Virus record (IMG/VR): IMGVR_UViG_3300049489_000321
Location: 83,531 to 147,530 of that record
Length of the DNA: 64,000 nt
Reading direction: 5' to 3' (one strand)
Origin: a virus
The notes beneath the pieces were generated by a model. That model did not search any database and was not told where the DNA came from. It worked only from the letters and a program-made list of their open reading frames with translations. Position numbers and translations under genes: made by a program. Position 1 is the stretch's first letter. Every line of letters begins with the position of its first letter. Shown here one piece after another: positions 19,399 to 28,963 of the stretch.

Positions 19399-21156
19399 GT
19401 GTACACACCAGAAGGATTTGCGTTAGAGATATTTAAAAAAAGATACACGATTCACGAAGAAGAGACGTGGGAAGAAGCGTGTGATCGTGTTGCTTCCCAC
19501 GTAGCTTCAGCGGAAGACGGCTCTAACATACCTAAATATAAGAATATGTTTGCTGATATTCTTAAGTTTAATCTATTCATGCCTGGTGGTCGTATTTGGT
19601 ACGGATCAGGTCGGTCAAAAGGACAGCTTTTAAACTGCTTTGTTGTACCCACAAAAGATAGTCGTGAGGGATGGGGTAAGACAGTAAGCGACATGATTGT
19701 CATTTCTGGCACTGGTGGTGGTGTAGGTATGAATTTTTCCCCAGTTCGTCCACGTGGTTCTAAGATTGCTGGAACAGGCGGATTTGCCACAGGCGCGGTT
19801 AGCCTAATGTCCGTTGTAAACTCTGCTGGCGAAGAAATCAAGGGTGGTGGCGGAAGACGTACCGCGTTGATGTTTTGTTTAAATCTTACCCATGGAGATA
19901 TTGAAGAATTTTTAGACAAGAAGCTAGACCTTCAACAACTTAATAACGCTAACGTTTCTGTAGTGTTCGACCAGAATCCAGAAGATTTCTTTAATAAAGT
20001 TAAGAATGACGAAAACATTCAACTTAACTTTAATGGTCACGTGGTAAGAGAAATACCAGCAAAACGTCTTTGGTACAAGATTGTAGAAAACGCGTTGAAG
20101 AGTGGAGAACCAGGATTGCTTAATGGGTATTTTGCCAATAAGATGAGTAATATATGGTACTACAAACCTCTTATTTCTACTAACCCGTGTGGTGAAATTT
20201 GGATGCCGGAATACGATTGTTGTTGTCTAGGCGCGCTAGTTCTACCTAGATTCCTTCAAGGACGTGATATTCCTGGTGATAAACTCTCTGTTGATTGGCA
20301 ATTACTAAAGGATACTGTACACAGTTCAGTACGTTTTCTTGACGACGTATTAACTGTAAATAATTACCCATTACCCGAGATTTCAGAAACTTGTAAGACT
20401 TTGCGTCGTATTGGTTTAGGAATCATGGGATTACACGACATGCTGCTGATGCTGGGGCACAAGTACAACAGCCCAGCGGCTTTAGAATTTGTCAACAAGT
20501 TGATGAATTTTATTAAAAATGCTGCTTACGAAGCTTCTATAGAATTAGCGAAAGAAAAGGGACCATTCCTTAAATTTGATAAGGAATTGTTTATGAAGTC
20601 AGGTTTTGTCAAAACTCTAAAACCTACGGTTAGGGATAATATTAAGCTTCATGGTATTCGTAACTGCGCCTTGTTGACGTTGGCACCGACCGGTACCACT
20701 GCGATGACTTGCGGGGTAACATCAGGAATTGAGCCGATGTTTGCCGCCGCTTACGAAAGACGTTGGTGGAACGGAGATAAACGCGAAATGGAAGTAGTCG
20801 TACATCCGTTATTTAAGCAATTTGTTGAAAGTGGAAAGGATGTTTCACATTTCCAGGGCTCTCATGATTTAAATATGCGAGATCATTTTGAGATGCAACG
20901 AGTGTGTCAGAAACACATCGATAACGCAGTGAGTAAGACAATTAACCTGGTGCAAGGCACGTCTGTAGAAGAGTTGTCTGAATTATACATGGAATACTTG
21001 CCAGAACTTAAGGGAGTCACAGTGTATCCTGAAGGTAGTCGAGAAAATCAGCCTTTGACGCCACTACCGCTTGAAGAAGCCATGCAGCACGCGTCTGCTG
21101 CCAGAGGTGAAGCAACGTCGCAGGATTCATGCAAAAGCGGAGTATGTGACGTATAG
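19399..21156 (+). CDS. nrdJ: Adenosylcobalamin-dependent (class II) ribonucleotide reductase
   Basis: FMPGGR, LLNCFV, TNPCGE, CCLG, LAPTGT and C-terminal CxxGxC; no beta subunit in the window. Confidence 0.85.
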   Translation: MYTPEGFALEIFKKRYTIHEEETWEEACDRVASHVASAEDGSNIPKYKNMFADILKFNLFMPGGRIWYGSGRSKGQLLNCFVVPTKDSREGWGKTVSDMIVISGTGGGVGMNFSPVRPRGSKIAGTGGFATGAVSLMSVVNSAGEEIKGGGGRRTALMFCLNLTHGDIEEFLDKKLDLQQLNNANVSVVFDQNPEDFFNKVKNDENIQLNFNGHVVREIPAKRLWYKIVENALKSGEPGLLNGYFANKMSNIWYYKPLISTNPCGEIWMPEYDCCCLGALVLPRFLQGRDIPGDKLSVDWQLLKDTVHSSVRFLDDVLTVNNYPLPEISETCKTLRRIGLGIMGLHDMLLMLGHKYNSPAALEFVNKLMNFIKNAAYEASIELAKEKGPFLKFDKELFMKSGFVKTLKPTVRDNIKLHGIRNCALLTLAPTGTTAMTCGVTSGIEPMFAAAYERRWWNGDKREMEVVVHPLFKQFVESGKDVSHFQGSHDLNMRDHFEMQRVCQKHIDNAVSKTINLVQGTSVEELSELYMEYLPELKGVTVYPEGSRENQPLTPLPLEEAMQHASAARGEATSQDSCKSGVCDV

Positions 21157-21212
21157 TATTGCGCTGGTGGTGCGTGTGATGTATAGTACTTGATTACTGT
21201 TAATAGGTTTCT

Positions 21213-21665
21213 GTGTCATCTAAGTTCCTTTTTGATAATAAACTGCCTCAAAGATTTTGGGATAAAGTCTTTCCTGAACCCAATACGGGTTGTTGGTTGT
21301 GGTCTGCGGGCGTAGACAGCAAGGGATATGGACAAGTAGTTTTGTGCGGCAAGATCCATTTGTCGCATAGACTATTGTATAAAACACTTGTAGGTGACCC
21401 TGGTAAATTGTTTTGTTGTCATAAGTGTGATCAGCCACTGTGTGTCAACCCAGATCATTTGTTTTTGGGAACGCAAAAAGACAATATGCTGGATATGGTA
21501 CAGAAAAATAGGCATGGCGGAAAGAACAAGACACATTGTCCACAAGGGCATGAATACACGGAAGAAAATACAAGATATTCAACTTATAAATACAAAGTAA
21601 GATACTGTAGGGAATGTAAAAAGATAAAAGCACTCGCCAGATACTACGCCAAGAGGAGTAATTAA
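21213..21665 (+). CDS. Free-standing HNH homing endonuclease
   Basis: GCWLW, HR..Y, CHKCDQPLCVNPDHL..GT..DN, plus KTHCPQGH...CREC zinc module. Confidence 0.9.
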   Translation: MSSKFLFDNKLPQRFWDKVFPEPNTGCWLWSAGVDSKGYGQVVLCGKIHLSHRLLYKTLVGDPGKLFCCHKCDQPLCVNPDHLFLGTQKDNMLDMVQKNRHGGKNKTHCPQGHEYTEENTRYSTYKYKVRYCRECKKIKALARYYAKRSN

Positions 21666-23134
21666 TGGCAAAGTTTTTATTTGATCGAGAGTTCCAGTGC
21701 AAGATAATAAAATTAATGCACCAAGATTTTTCTTTTTTAACACTGGCAACAAGTGTAGTAGAAGCTAGTTTTTTCGAAGATAAAGTATTAATAAGATTTT
21801 TTCAAATAATATGCGAGTATTACAAAGAGTACGGTAAATGTACCACAAAAACTGCCATTATTAACGAGATCGAAAAAGATTACGCCTCTGGTCGAATAAA
21901 AGATGAGTTAATACTCAAATTTAAAGAACTATACGATGAATTAGAAGAACCCGTAACAGATGCTGAGTATATAAAAGACGAAGTAATACGTTTTTGTAGG
22001 AGACAGGCGACTCGCAAAGCAATGCTAGAGTGTGCTAGTCTTACGGATTCTGAAGATGAATCGGTTTGGGATAAAATTTACTCAAAAATAGGCGAAGCGG
22101 TGCGTGTCGGCACGGATGCCAATGACCAAGGTCTCCATTACTTTAGAGACTATGACGACCGTATCAAACAGCGCGAGGCAGGCGATGATAGAATCATTAT
22201 TCCAACAGGAATGCCCGATATTGACGGATTCTTGAAGGGTGGACCACGTTCTGGTCAAATAGGCTTCTTCATGGCAGGTTCAAGCGTAGGTAAGAGTCTT
22301 GCTTTGTCTCATGTAGGTAAAAGAGCCGTTACCGGTGGGTTTAAGGTAGTTCATTACACCTTAGAGCTTTCTGCGTTAGAAATTGCAGATAGATATGATG
22401 CTTGTCTAGCGCACGTACCGTTTCAGAGCCTAATAGGCAACTCAACCAAAATTTCTAGCGAACTTGGTAAGATGCACGATAAATATGGAGATTCTTTGGT
22501 AATTAAGGAATATCCAACCAAGTCAGCTTCGGTAGCTACGATAGAATCACATTTAATTAATTTAATAAACAGTGGTTTTAAACCACATATGATCATAGTA
22601 GACTATCTTGACCTACTAAAACCTACTACCAATTATAACGATTTATACGCAGATCTTGGTTCGATTACTGGTGAGTTGAGGGGCTTAGGAGCTAAGTATA
22701 ATTGTGTCGTATGGACCGCTACACAAACCAACCGTTCTGGCTATGCTATGGAAATTGTGGATATGGAACAAGTTGGCGACAGCTTACAAAAGATGATGAT
22801 TGCGGATATAGTATTAGCCATTTGTATGAATAAAGAAGAAAGAGCTAATAATAGAGCACGCATATTCATAGCTAAGAACCGCAACGGACCAGCAAAAATT
22901 GAACGTCCAATAGCCACGGATTACGAACGCATGCGTTTCTACGATTACGTAGGCTCACAAAACTTGAAAGACATAGCAGACAATATGCAAACTGATGAGA
23001 AAGAAAAGACTAAGAAGAAAAAACCTGTCAAACTAGGAAATGCTCCTGGGTTACCCGCGCCAGCTACTAAATCTGCTCCACGACGTGTTCCTTTAAAGAA
23101 CGTAAATTTTCCAATTGACGAAAGTGATACATAA
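21665..23134 (+). CDS. Replicative DnaB-like helicase
   Basis: AGSSVGKS, YTLEL, IVDYLDLL, TATQTNR, AKNRNGP. Confidence 0.9.
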   Translation: MAKFLFDREFQCKIIKLMHQDFSFLTLATSVVEASFFEDKVLIRFFQIICEYYKEYGKCTTKTAIINEIEKDYASGRIKDELILKFKELYDELEEPVTDAEYIKDEVIRFCRRQATRKAMLECASLTDSEDESVWDKIYSKIGEAVRVGTDANDQGLHYFRDYDDRIKQREAGDDRIIIPTGMPDIDGFLKGGPRSGQIGFFMAGSSVGKSLALSHVGKRAVTGGFKVVHYTLELSALEIADRYDACLAHVPFQSLIGNSTKISSELGKMHDKYGDSLVIKEYPTKSASVATIESHLINLINSGFKPHMIIVDYLDLLKPTTNYNDLYADLGSITGELRGLGAKYNCVVWTATQTNRSGYAMEIVDMEQVGDSLQKMMIADIVLAICMNKEERANNRARIFIAKNRNGPAKIERPIATDYERMRFYDYVGSQNLKDIADNMQTDEKEKTKKKKPVKLGNAPGLPAPATKSAPRRVPLKNVNFPIDESDT

Positions 23135-23719
23135 ATGAGTTCTGCAGGACGTACAAAAGGTGTAAGGAAAAAACTAGACTTTTACCAGACACCATCTTGG
23201 CTGACGGAATCCATTCTTCCGTACCTTAAACCACATTTACCTGAATGCACGTACATGCTAGAGCCTGGTTATGGAGATGGAGCCATAGCGCGTGTGGTTG
23301 AACAGAGTTGGCCTAATTGTGATGTTACTGGAATTGATTTAGAGAAACGCACCGACAACAACAAAGTTATTATCGCAGATTATCTTACTTATAATTTCGG
23401 TGATACGCGCTACAACCTGATATTGGGTAATCCGCCGTACAATCTAGCGCAGGAGTTTGTAAATAGATCACTGCAAATTGCTGATGTGGTTTGTCTTCTA
23501 ATGCGCGTAAACTTCCTTGGATCGCAAAAGAGAGCGGAATGGTGGCGTGATAAGTTACCAAGTATATATGTGACTCCAAGACGACCGCCGTTTTCTACCA
23601 ATAAAAACGGTAAGATCGGAACAGATTCTACCGAATATGCGTGGTACGTATGGGGATTGCCAGATCAGGGAACGGTTCATATTCTAGAAACAGAAGATAA
23701 AAAACATAGGAGTAAGTAG
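23135..23719 (+). CDS. DNA amino-methyltransferase
   Basis: DFYQTP, EPGYGDG (SAM-binding), NPPY catalytic motif. Confidence 0.85.
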   Translation: MSSAGRTKGVRKKLDFYQTPSWLTESILPYLKPHLPECTYMLEPGYGDGAIARVVEQSWPNCDVTGIDLEKRTDNNKVIIADYLTYNFGDTRYNLILGNPPYNLAQEFVNRSLQIADVVCLLMRVNFLGSQKRAEWWRDKLPSIYVTPRRPPFSTNKNGKIGTDSTEYAWYVWGLPDQGTVHILETEDKKHRSK

Positions 23720-23720
23720 T

Positions 23721-24023
23721 ATGCCTTGGAAAATGGTTGATGCAATATGCTTAAGCGCTGAATGCGGTGAAGAATTCGAGTTCTTAACAGCAGATCCTGA
23801 GGAAGTCATAGAGTGCCCGAGATGCGAGCATAGTGCCGCTAGGAAAGTCAGCGCACCAATGCTAGGGCTTATATGTAACGACCCTGAGAGACGTAAGGAA
23901 GCACTTAAGAAGAGAAGCGCGGATCATACCGCGTCAGAGCAGCGTAAGGGTAACATGATGTCTCCAAAGGACTTAAAAGACGGCAAGCCACCTATTATTG
24001 GTAGAAGACGTAAAAAATTTTAG
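23721..24023 (+). CDS. Zinc-ribbon protein (FmdB-like)
   Basis: C..C.EEFE...CPRC...RKVSAP. Confidence 0.65.
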   Translation: MPWKMVDAICLSAECGEEFEFLTADPEEVIECPRCEHSAARKVSAPMLGLICNDPERRKEALKKRSADHTASEQRKGNMMSPKDLKDGKPPIIGRRRKKF

Positions 24024-24045
24024 TGTCATAGTTAAACGGTACAAT
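24022..24045 (+). promoter_or_regulatory. Putative middle-type promoter (copy 2)
   Basis: AGTGTCA-11 nt-TACAAT, 7 nt before the polymerase ATG. Confidence 0.6.
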
Positions 24046-24052
24046 TTGTAAC

Positions 24053-26296
24053 ATGTATCCTGGTAAAGAATATATCGGACATGCCGGTGGAATCTACCGT
24101 CTTGTCCAAAACATGAAGCAATTTGAGTGGTTTTACGAACGTGCTCGTAAACAACCTAAACTAGCGGTTGATACAGAAACCAGCGGTGTTAGCTGGGTTA
24201 TCGATCATGTTGCTGGGATGGTCATAGGCTGGGGGCCTGATAACAACTATTATTTGCCAATAGACCACATCGACAGCGATACAGGCGACAGGATACCCGA
24301 TCAGTTGAGTTGGTTAGATATCTTCCAACAGATGAAAATTCTGTTGGAAAATCCTGACATTGTGATTTATACACACAACTGGAAATTCGATAACCACATG
24401 TTAATGAATCTTGGAATACACGTAACATGTTTATTCCACGATAGTCTTATATCTTCGTTTTTACTTGACGAAAACGTTAGTCACAAGTTAAAAGACTTGT
24501 CCAAGTTGTACGTACACGAAGAAGCTGACTACTATGAAGATCGAATAGATAAGTGGCGTCATGAAGAAGCCAAACGACGACGCTCAGCCTTAAACGCAAT
24601 GATATCTGCACGGGCGAAGACATACAAAACGGACTTAAACTACATGTCTTCGGTAACCAAGGAAGCAGTAGATATCATAGGCTACTATCCTGATGAACAC
24701 GGAGTTTACCCGGTTGATTTAAAGCGTAAGTTAACAACCACCATAACTAGGTTGTTAAAAACACGCGCTGCAACAGAATTTGAAGGTCATTGGTATAATA
24801 AGAATCAAAAAGACGACATAAGCTACGACTGTATTCCTCTAGACGAAATAGCTCCATATGCCTGCGCAGACACTCACTATACTTGGATAATTAACGAACT
24901 ACTAATTCCTATTATTGTGGAAGACGAAGCTTTATTTAGTCTATACATAGAGGAAACCACTTTGTGTAGGAATCTATGTGAAATAGAACGTGTTGGGTGT
25001 CCCATCGACAAGGAGTACCTAGAGTCATGCGGACCAGAGCTAGAGGCTGAGGCGGGTCGCCTTGAGAAGCGTATTTACGAGCAGATTGGTTATGAATTTA
25101 ACATCAATTCTCCCGATCAGTTGATTAAAGCACTACTAGACGCTGGCTGCGAGTTAACCAAAATAACTAAGGGATCTAAGGAGAAGGTAGAAAAGACAGG
25201 TAACATTGATTTTGCTAAACTAGCGTCTGATTCCGAAGTATTGGAGAGCCTGGCAGCCGAGCATCAATTTGCTAAAGACATTCAAGATTATAGACGTGCC
25301 AAGAAGATTAAGGGTACCTATGTAGACGGTATTCTCGGTAAGCTAGACAAGCGCAATCGAGTACACAGTACGATAGGACAGTTGAAGAAGACCGGTCGTA
25401 TGGGTTCTTCGGATCCTAACTTAACTAACATTGACAACAAAGATACCCGTATTCGTAGAGCGTTTACCGCTCCACCAGACACCGACGATTTGTTGGTGTT
25501 TATGGACTTTTCTCAGATTGAACTTCGTTTAACGGCGCACGAGAGTCAAGATCCAGAACTTCTTGCTTGCTATCCCATGGTAGGAAAAGGTAAAGATGTT
25601 CACTCGTTAACTTGCGCAGAAGTAATCATGGGCATGGATTACGATGAATTTCTCGCAAACATGAAAGACGACACTGGCCATGACTCAAACAACATTATTT
25701 GTGAGTGCAACCAATGTGTTTACGACTTTAAAAGAAAGATTGCAAAGCGAGTCAACTTTGGTATTATCTATGGCGCTGGACAGTATGCAATACAGCGACA
25801 GGTATCAACTCCTCAGCGTTACGTATCTGCTCTAGAATGTAAGCACTATATTACGGGATATCTAGAAAAGTATTACGGTGTTAAGCAGTGGATGGATAGG
25901 ACCGGTCGTCAACTTAGGCGAGACGGCTACGTACAGGACGCCTTTGGTAGATACCGCCGTTTACCAGACATTCTTGTAACGACTGATACAGGTTATCAAC
26001 ATAGAATGATTAGGCAAGGAATCAATTTTCTAATTCAGGGTCTTGCCGCAGACATCTTTAAGGCTTCTATTAACAGAATTAAGAAAGTTATAAGAAATAC
26101 TGATATTAAATTGATTAACTTAGTGCATGACGAACTTCAATTTATTTGGCCTAGGAAAGAATTACACATGATACCGGAAGTTAAGAAGTGTATGGAAACG
26201 TGGGATTTTAGTGTTCCAATTGTTGCAGATGTGTCGTATTCCGAAACTAACTGGGCTTCCAAATCTAAGGGAGATGTAATGGAGTTAGCAGCGTAA
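24053..26296 (+). CDS. polA: Family A DNA polymerase with 3'-5' exonuclease
   Basis: DTET, HNWKFD, YACAD, TGRMGS, DFSQIELR, KRVNFGIIYG, VHDE. Confidence 0.95.
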   Translation: MYPGKEYIGHAGGIYRLVQNMKQFEWFYERARKQPKLAVDTETSGVSWVIDHVAGMVIGWGPDNNYYLPIDHIDSDTGDRIPDQLSWLDIFQQMKILLENPDIVIYTHNWKFDNHMLMNLGIHVTCLFHDSLISSFLLDENVSHKLKDLSKLYVHEEADYYEDRIDKWRHEEAKRRRSALNAMISARAKTYKTDLNYMSSVTKEAVDIIGYYPDEHGVYPVDLKRKLTTTITRLLKTRAATEFEGHWYNKNQKDDISYDCIPLDEIAPYACADTHYTWIINELLIPIIVEDEALFSLYIEETTLCRNLCEIERVGCPIDKEYLESCGPELEAEAGRLEKRIYEQIGYEFNINSPDQLIKALLDAGCELTKITKGSKEKVEKTGNIDFAKLASDSEVLESLAAEHQFAKDIQDYRRAKKIKGTYVDGILGKLDKRNRVHSTIGQLKKTGRMGSSDPNLTNIDNKDTRIRRAFTAPPDTDDLLVFMDFSQIELRLTAHESQDPELLACYPMVGKGKDVHSLTCAEVIMGMDYDEFLANMKDDTGHDSNNIICECNQCVYDFKRKIAKRVNFGIIYGAGQYAIQRQVSTPQRYVSALECKHYITGYLEKYYGVKQWMDRTGRQLRRDGYVQDAFGRYRRLPDILVTTDTGYQHRMIRQGINFLIQGLAADIFKASINRIKKVIRNTDIKLINLVHDELQFIWPRKELHMIPEVKKCMETWDFSVPIVADVSYSETNWASKSKGDVMELAA

Positions 26297-27117
26297 TGTA
26301 TTCTTGTAGAATAGAGAAGGATTCGGTAAACGAAAAAGGTAATCGTTTAACTACGTTTGTTTGTACATATCCTCGTTTCGTCCACTCAGAAATGATGACG
26401 CATCGTATGTTCTCTAGAAACAGCTCTAGTAGCAGAGCTATTCCAATTGAGAAATTAATCCAACAAGTTATAGATGATCCTGTTATGCCCGTAGAATGGG
26501 GTAAGAACCAAAAGGGAATGCAGGCTAGAGAAGAAATATCCGACACTGCCAAAAAAGCAGCAGAACAAGGATGGCTAGGTGGAAGAGACGAGGCTGTGGC
26601 TACTGCTCGTTATTTGTCTAATCTAGGTGTACACAAACAATTAGTTAACCGTGTGCTTGAACCGTGGATGTGGATTACCGTAATTATCAGTGCCACAGAG
26701 TACGAAAATTTCTTTAAACTTCGTTGTCACGAAGACGCACAGCCTGAAGTTAAGCGCATTGCTGACATGATGTGTAGTGCGTACGAAGCCAATACTCCTG
26801 TAGAATTGGAATTTGGACAATGGCATCTACCGTTTATAAATGACCACGAACTTAGTCATTACAGTGAACGAGAATTGTGTTTGCTAAGTACTGCAAGAAG
26901 TGCTAGAGTTTCGTACCTAACTCACGACGGAGCACACGATCCTGTTCGTGATTTTGAATTAGCAAGTTCTCTTATGGACAACAAACACTGGTCTCCTACC
27001 GAACACCCAGCCATGGCTAATCCTGGTTCAATGTATGGTAATTTCAACGGATTTACACAGTTTAGAAAAACATTCCCAGATGAATCAGGGAAGTGTCAGA
27101 GCCCAGTGCTACAATAA
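26296..27117 (+). CDS. thyX: Flavin-dependent thymidylate synthase
   Basis: THRMFSRNSSSSRA, HKQLVNR, LRCHEDAQPE. Confidence 0.9.
   Translation: MYSCRIEKDSVNEKGNRLTTFVCTYPRFVHSEMMTHRMFSRNSSSSRAIPIEKLIQQVIDDPVMPVEWGKNQKGMQAREEISDTAKKAAEQGWLGGRDEAVATARYLSNLGVHKQLVNRVLEPWMWITVIISATEYENFFKLRCHEDAQPEVKRIADMMCSAYEANTPVELEFGQWHLPFINDHELSHYSERELCLLSTARSARVSYLTHDGAHDPVRDFELASSLMDNKHWSPTEHPAMANPGSMYGNFNGFTQFRKTFPDESGKCQSPVLQ
27092..27115 (+). promoter_or_regulatory. Putative middle-type promoter (copy 3)
   Basis: AGTGTCA-11 nt-TACAAT upstream of the UvsY-like/SSB/RecA genes. Confidence 0.6.
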
Positions 27118-27127
27118 GGACTATTAA

Positions 27128-27658
27128 ATGCAAAATTTAGACAATTTAGAATTTACTATTAAAATAAATGGTAAAGATTATGAAAACGATGCGATTGATT
27201 CGTTAAGGGTAGACAGAACTAACCTAGATGAAGAGTTCGCTACACAGCATGTGAAGTTTGCTTATTATTCTACGCTTCATGAAATGGCGAAGGACAAGGT
27301 AAACCGATTAAAAATGGCAATTGAAACTGTATACGCGCAATTGGATCATGAAAAAAGGTCTGCGGCAACAAAACTACAGGAGGTAAATCCCAAGTTTAAA
27401 TATACAGAGACGATGTGTGAAAACGAGATCAAAACAGATCCTCGTTATTTATCTAAACAAAACGAATACTTAGATGCCCAACAATTGTCTGGTATGCTAG
27501 GCGCGCTTAGAGACGCGTTTTTACAGCGAAAAGACATGTTAATCAGCCTTGGAGCTAACGCTAGAAACGGTAGCGCTGATTTACGTATAATGGGTGATAG
27601 AGCAAAATACGAAACACAAACTAAAGCGACGAGTCGTCGCAAACCCAAAGAAGACTAA
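27128..27658 (+). CDS. UvsY-like recombination mediator
   Basis: Helical protein with 'NLDEEF', 'AFLQRKDMLISLGA'; adjacent to SSB and RecA. Confidence 0.6.
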   Translation: MQNLDNLEFTIKINGKDYENDAIDSLRVDRTNLDEEFATQHVKFAYYSTLHEMAKDKVNRLKMAIETVYAQLDHEKRSAATKLQEVNPKFKYTETMCENEIKTDPRYLSKQNEYLDAQQLSGMLGALRDAFLQRKDMLISLGANARNGSADLRIMGDRAKYETQTKATSRRKPKED

Positions 27659-27694
27659 CTTAGTCAAATAAAGAAAGAAAAGGAAAATAAACAT

Positions 27695-28849
27695 ATGGCG
27701 ATCAATTTCGACAAAATCAAAAACAAGCAGACCGAGGAAGCGTCCAAAGGGCGCAAGAGTTACGAGTATGTACAGAGATTTAAGCTAAAGACCGGCGAGA
27801 ATCGTATACGTCTCATGCCTCCGTGGACTGATGAAGGCGTTAACGCCGACCAGTTTTGGGTGGAAACCTACACTCACTGGAACGTAGGCCAGGGTGGATA
27901 CGATGAAGAGAACGGACGCCGTTTTACGTGCCCGGTTAAGACTCCAAACGGTCCCGGTGGTGCCTGTGAGGTGTGTGACCTAGCGGCTACACTTCGCGCC
28001 TCAGATGACCCAGCGGATCAAGAGTTAAGCAAGCTACTATATGCTAAGCGCTCTTTTATTTCCAATGTTATCAACCTCAAAGATCCGGTTATCAAGGATG
28101 CCGACGTTGAGGCGTGGCAGGAAGCGCAGAAGGAAGGCAGCGAAGAAGAGTGTCCCTTTGAAGTCGGAGATACCAAGGTTCAAATGTGGAGCTACCCAGC
28201 TTCTATCTATAAGGACCTATTGGATGTATTCAGTGATGGACTAGACATTACGGATATGGAAAACGGTAATGAGGTAATTGTTACCAAGGAAGGTAGTGGT
28301 CTAAGCACGCGTTATCGCGTACGTATTAATCCCAAGTCTAGTGCTGTTAAATTCCAAGGTGATGCTACCAAGCTGACTTACAACCTAGACAACCAGATCC
28401 GCTTCCCAGAGCCTGGTGACATGGTGCGCGCACTAAACGGCGAGACTTCACGTCCTGTCCTACCAGCCGCGAAGGCCAGCATTCCTTCCCTACCCCCAAA
28501 GAAGGCTGCCAAGGCGGTTAAAACCGCTCCTGCGGCACAGGTAGAGGAAACGTCAGACGACGAGGACCCTGAACCAGCGGTTGAAGCGTCTGTTGACGAC
28601 CCGCCAGCTTGTTTCAAGGATTCTTCCGTACACAGCGCCACTGATCCACAGTGTGTGGGAGGCGTAGATGAAGATGGTAACGAGTATGATGCGTGCCCTC
28701 ATTTTGAACCCTGCAAGGAAGCGGTTCAGGCACAGACGACTACTATTCGTAGATCAGCCAGGACACCCGTTACCAAGCCAAAGACTACTATTAAGCCTAA
28801 ATCAGCTATTGAAGACATGGAGAAGCGTCTAAAAGACGCGTTACGCTAA
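27695..28849 (+). CDS. Single-stranded DNA-binding protein (gp32-like)
   Basis: GENRIRLMPP, H...C...CEVC zinc site, 'DITD..NG..V.VTKEG.GL.TRY', acidic low-complexity tail. Confidence 0.75.
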   Translation: MAINFDKIKNKQTEEASKGRKSYEYVQRFKLKTGENRIRLMPPWTDEGVNADQFWVETYTHWNVGQGGYDEENGRRFTCPVKTPNGPGGACEVCDLAATLRASDDPADQELSKLLYAKRSFISNVINLKDPVIKDADVEAWQEAQKEGSEEECPFEVGDTKVQMWSYPASIYKDLLDVFSDGLDITDMENGNEVIVTKEGSGLSTRYRVRINPKSSAVKFQGDATKLTYNLDNQIRFPEPGDMVRALNGETSRPVLPAAKASIPSLPPKKAAKAVKTAPAAQVEETSDDEDPEPAVEASVDDPPACFKDSSVHSATDPQCVGGVDEDGNEYDACPHFEPCKEAVQAQTTTIRRSARTPVTKPKTTIKPKSAIEDMEKRLKDALR

Positions 28850-28963
28850 TGGTAACCGTGATTCAAATTACCCTTGGTATCTACGGCGCTGTTTGGCTAG
28901 GCTGGATTCTTGCCAATGCGTTATGTAAGCCTAAGCTACATGATCTAAAATTGGAGGATAACG

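Noticed and set aside
19399-26296. Introns or inteins in nrdJ, helicase or polymerase
   Set aside because: Frames are continuous, with no intein terminal motifs; the HNH gene is free-standing between complete genes
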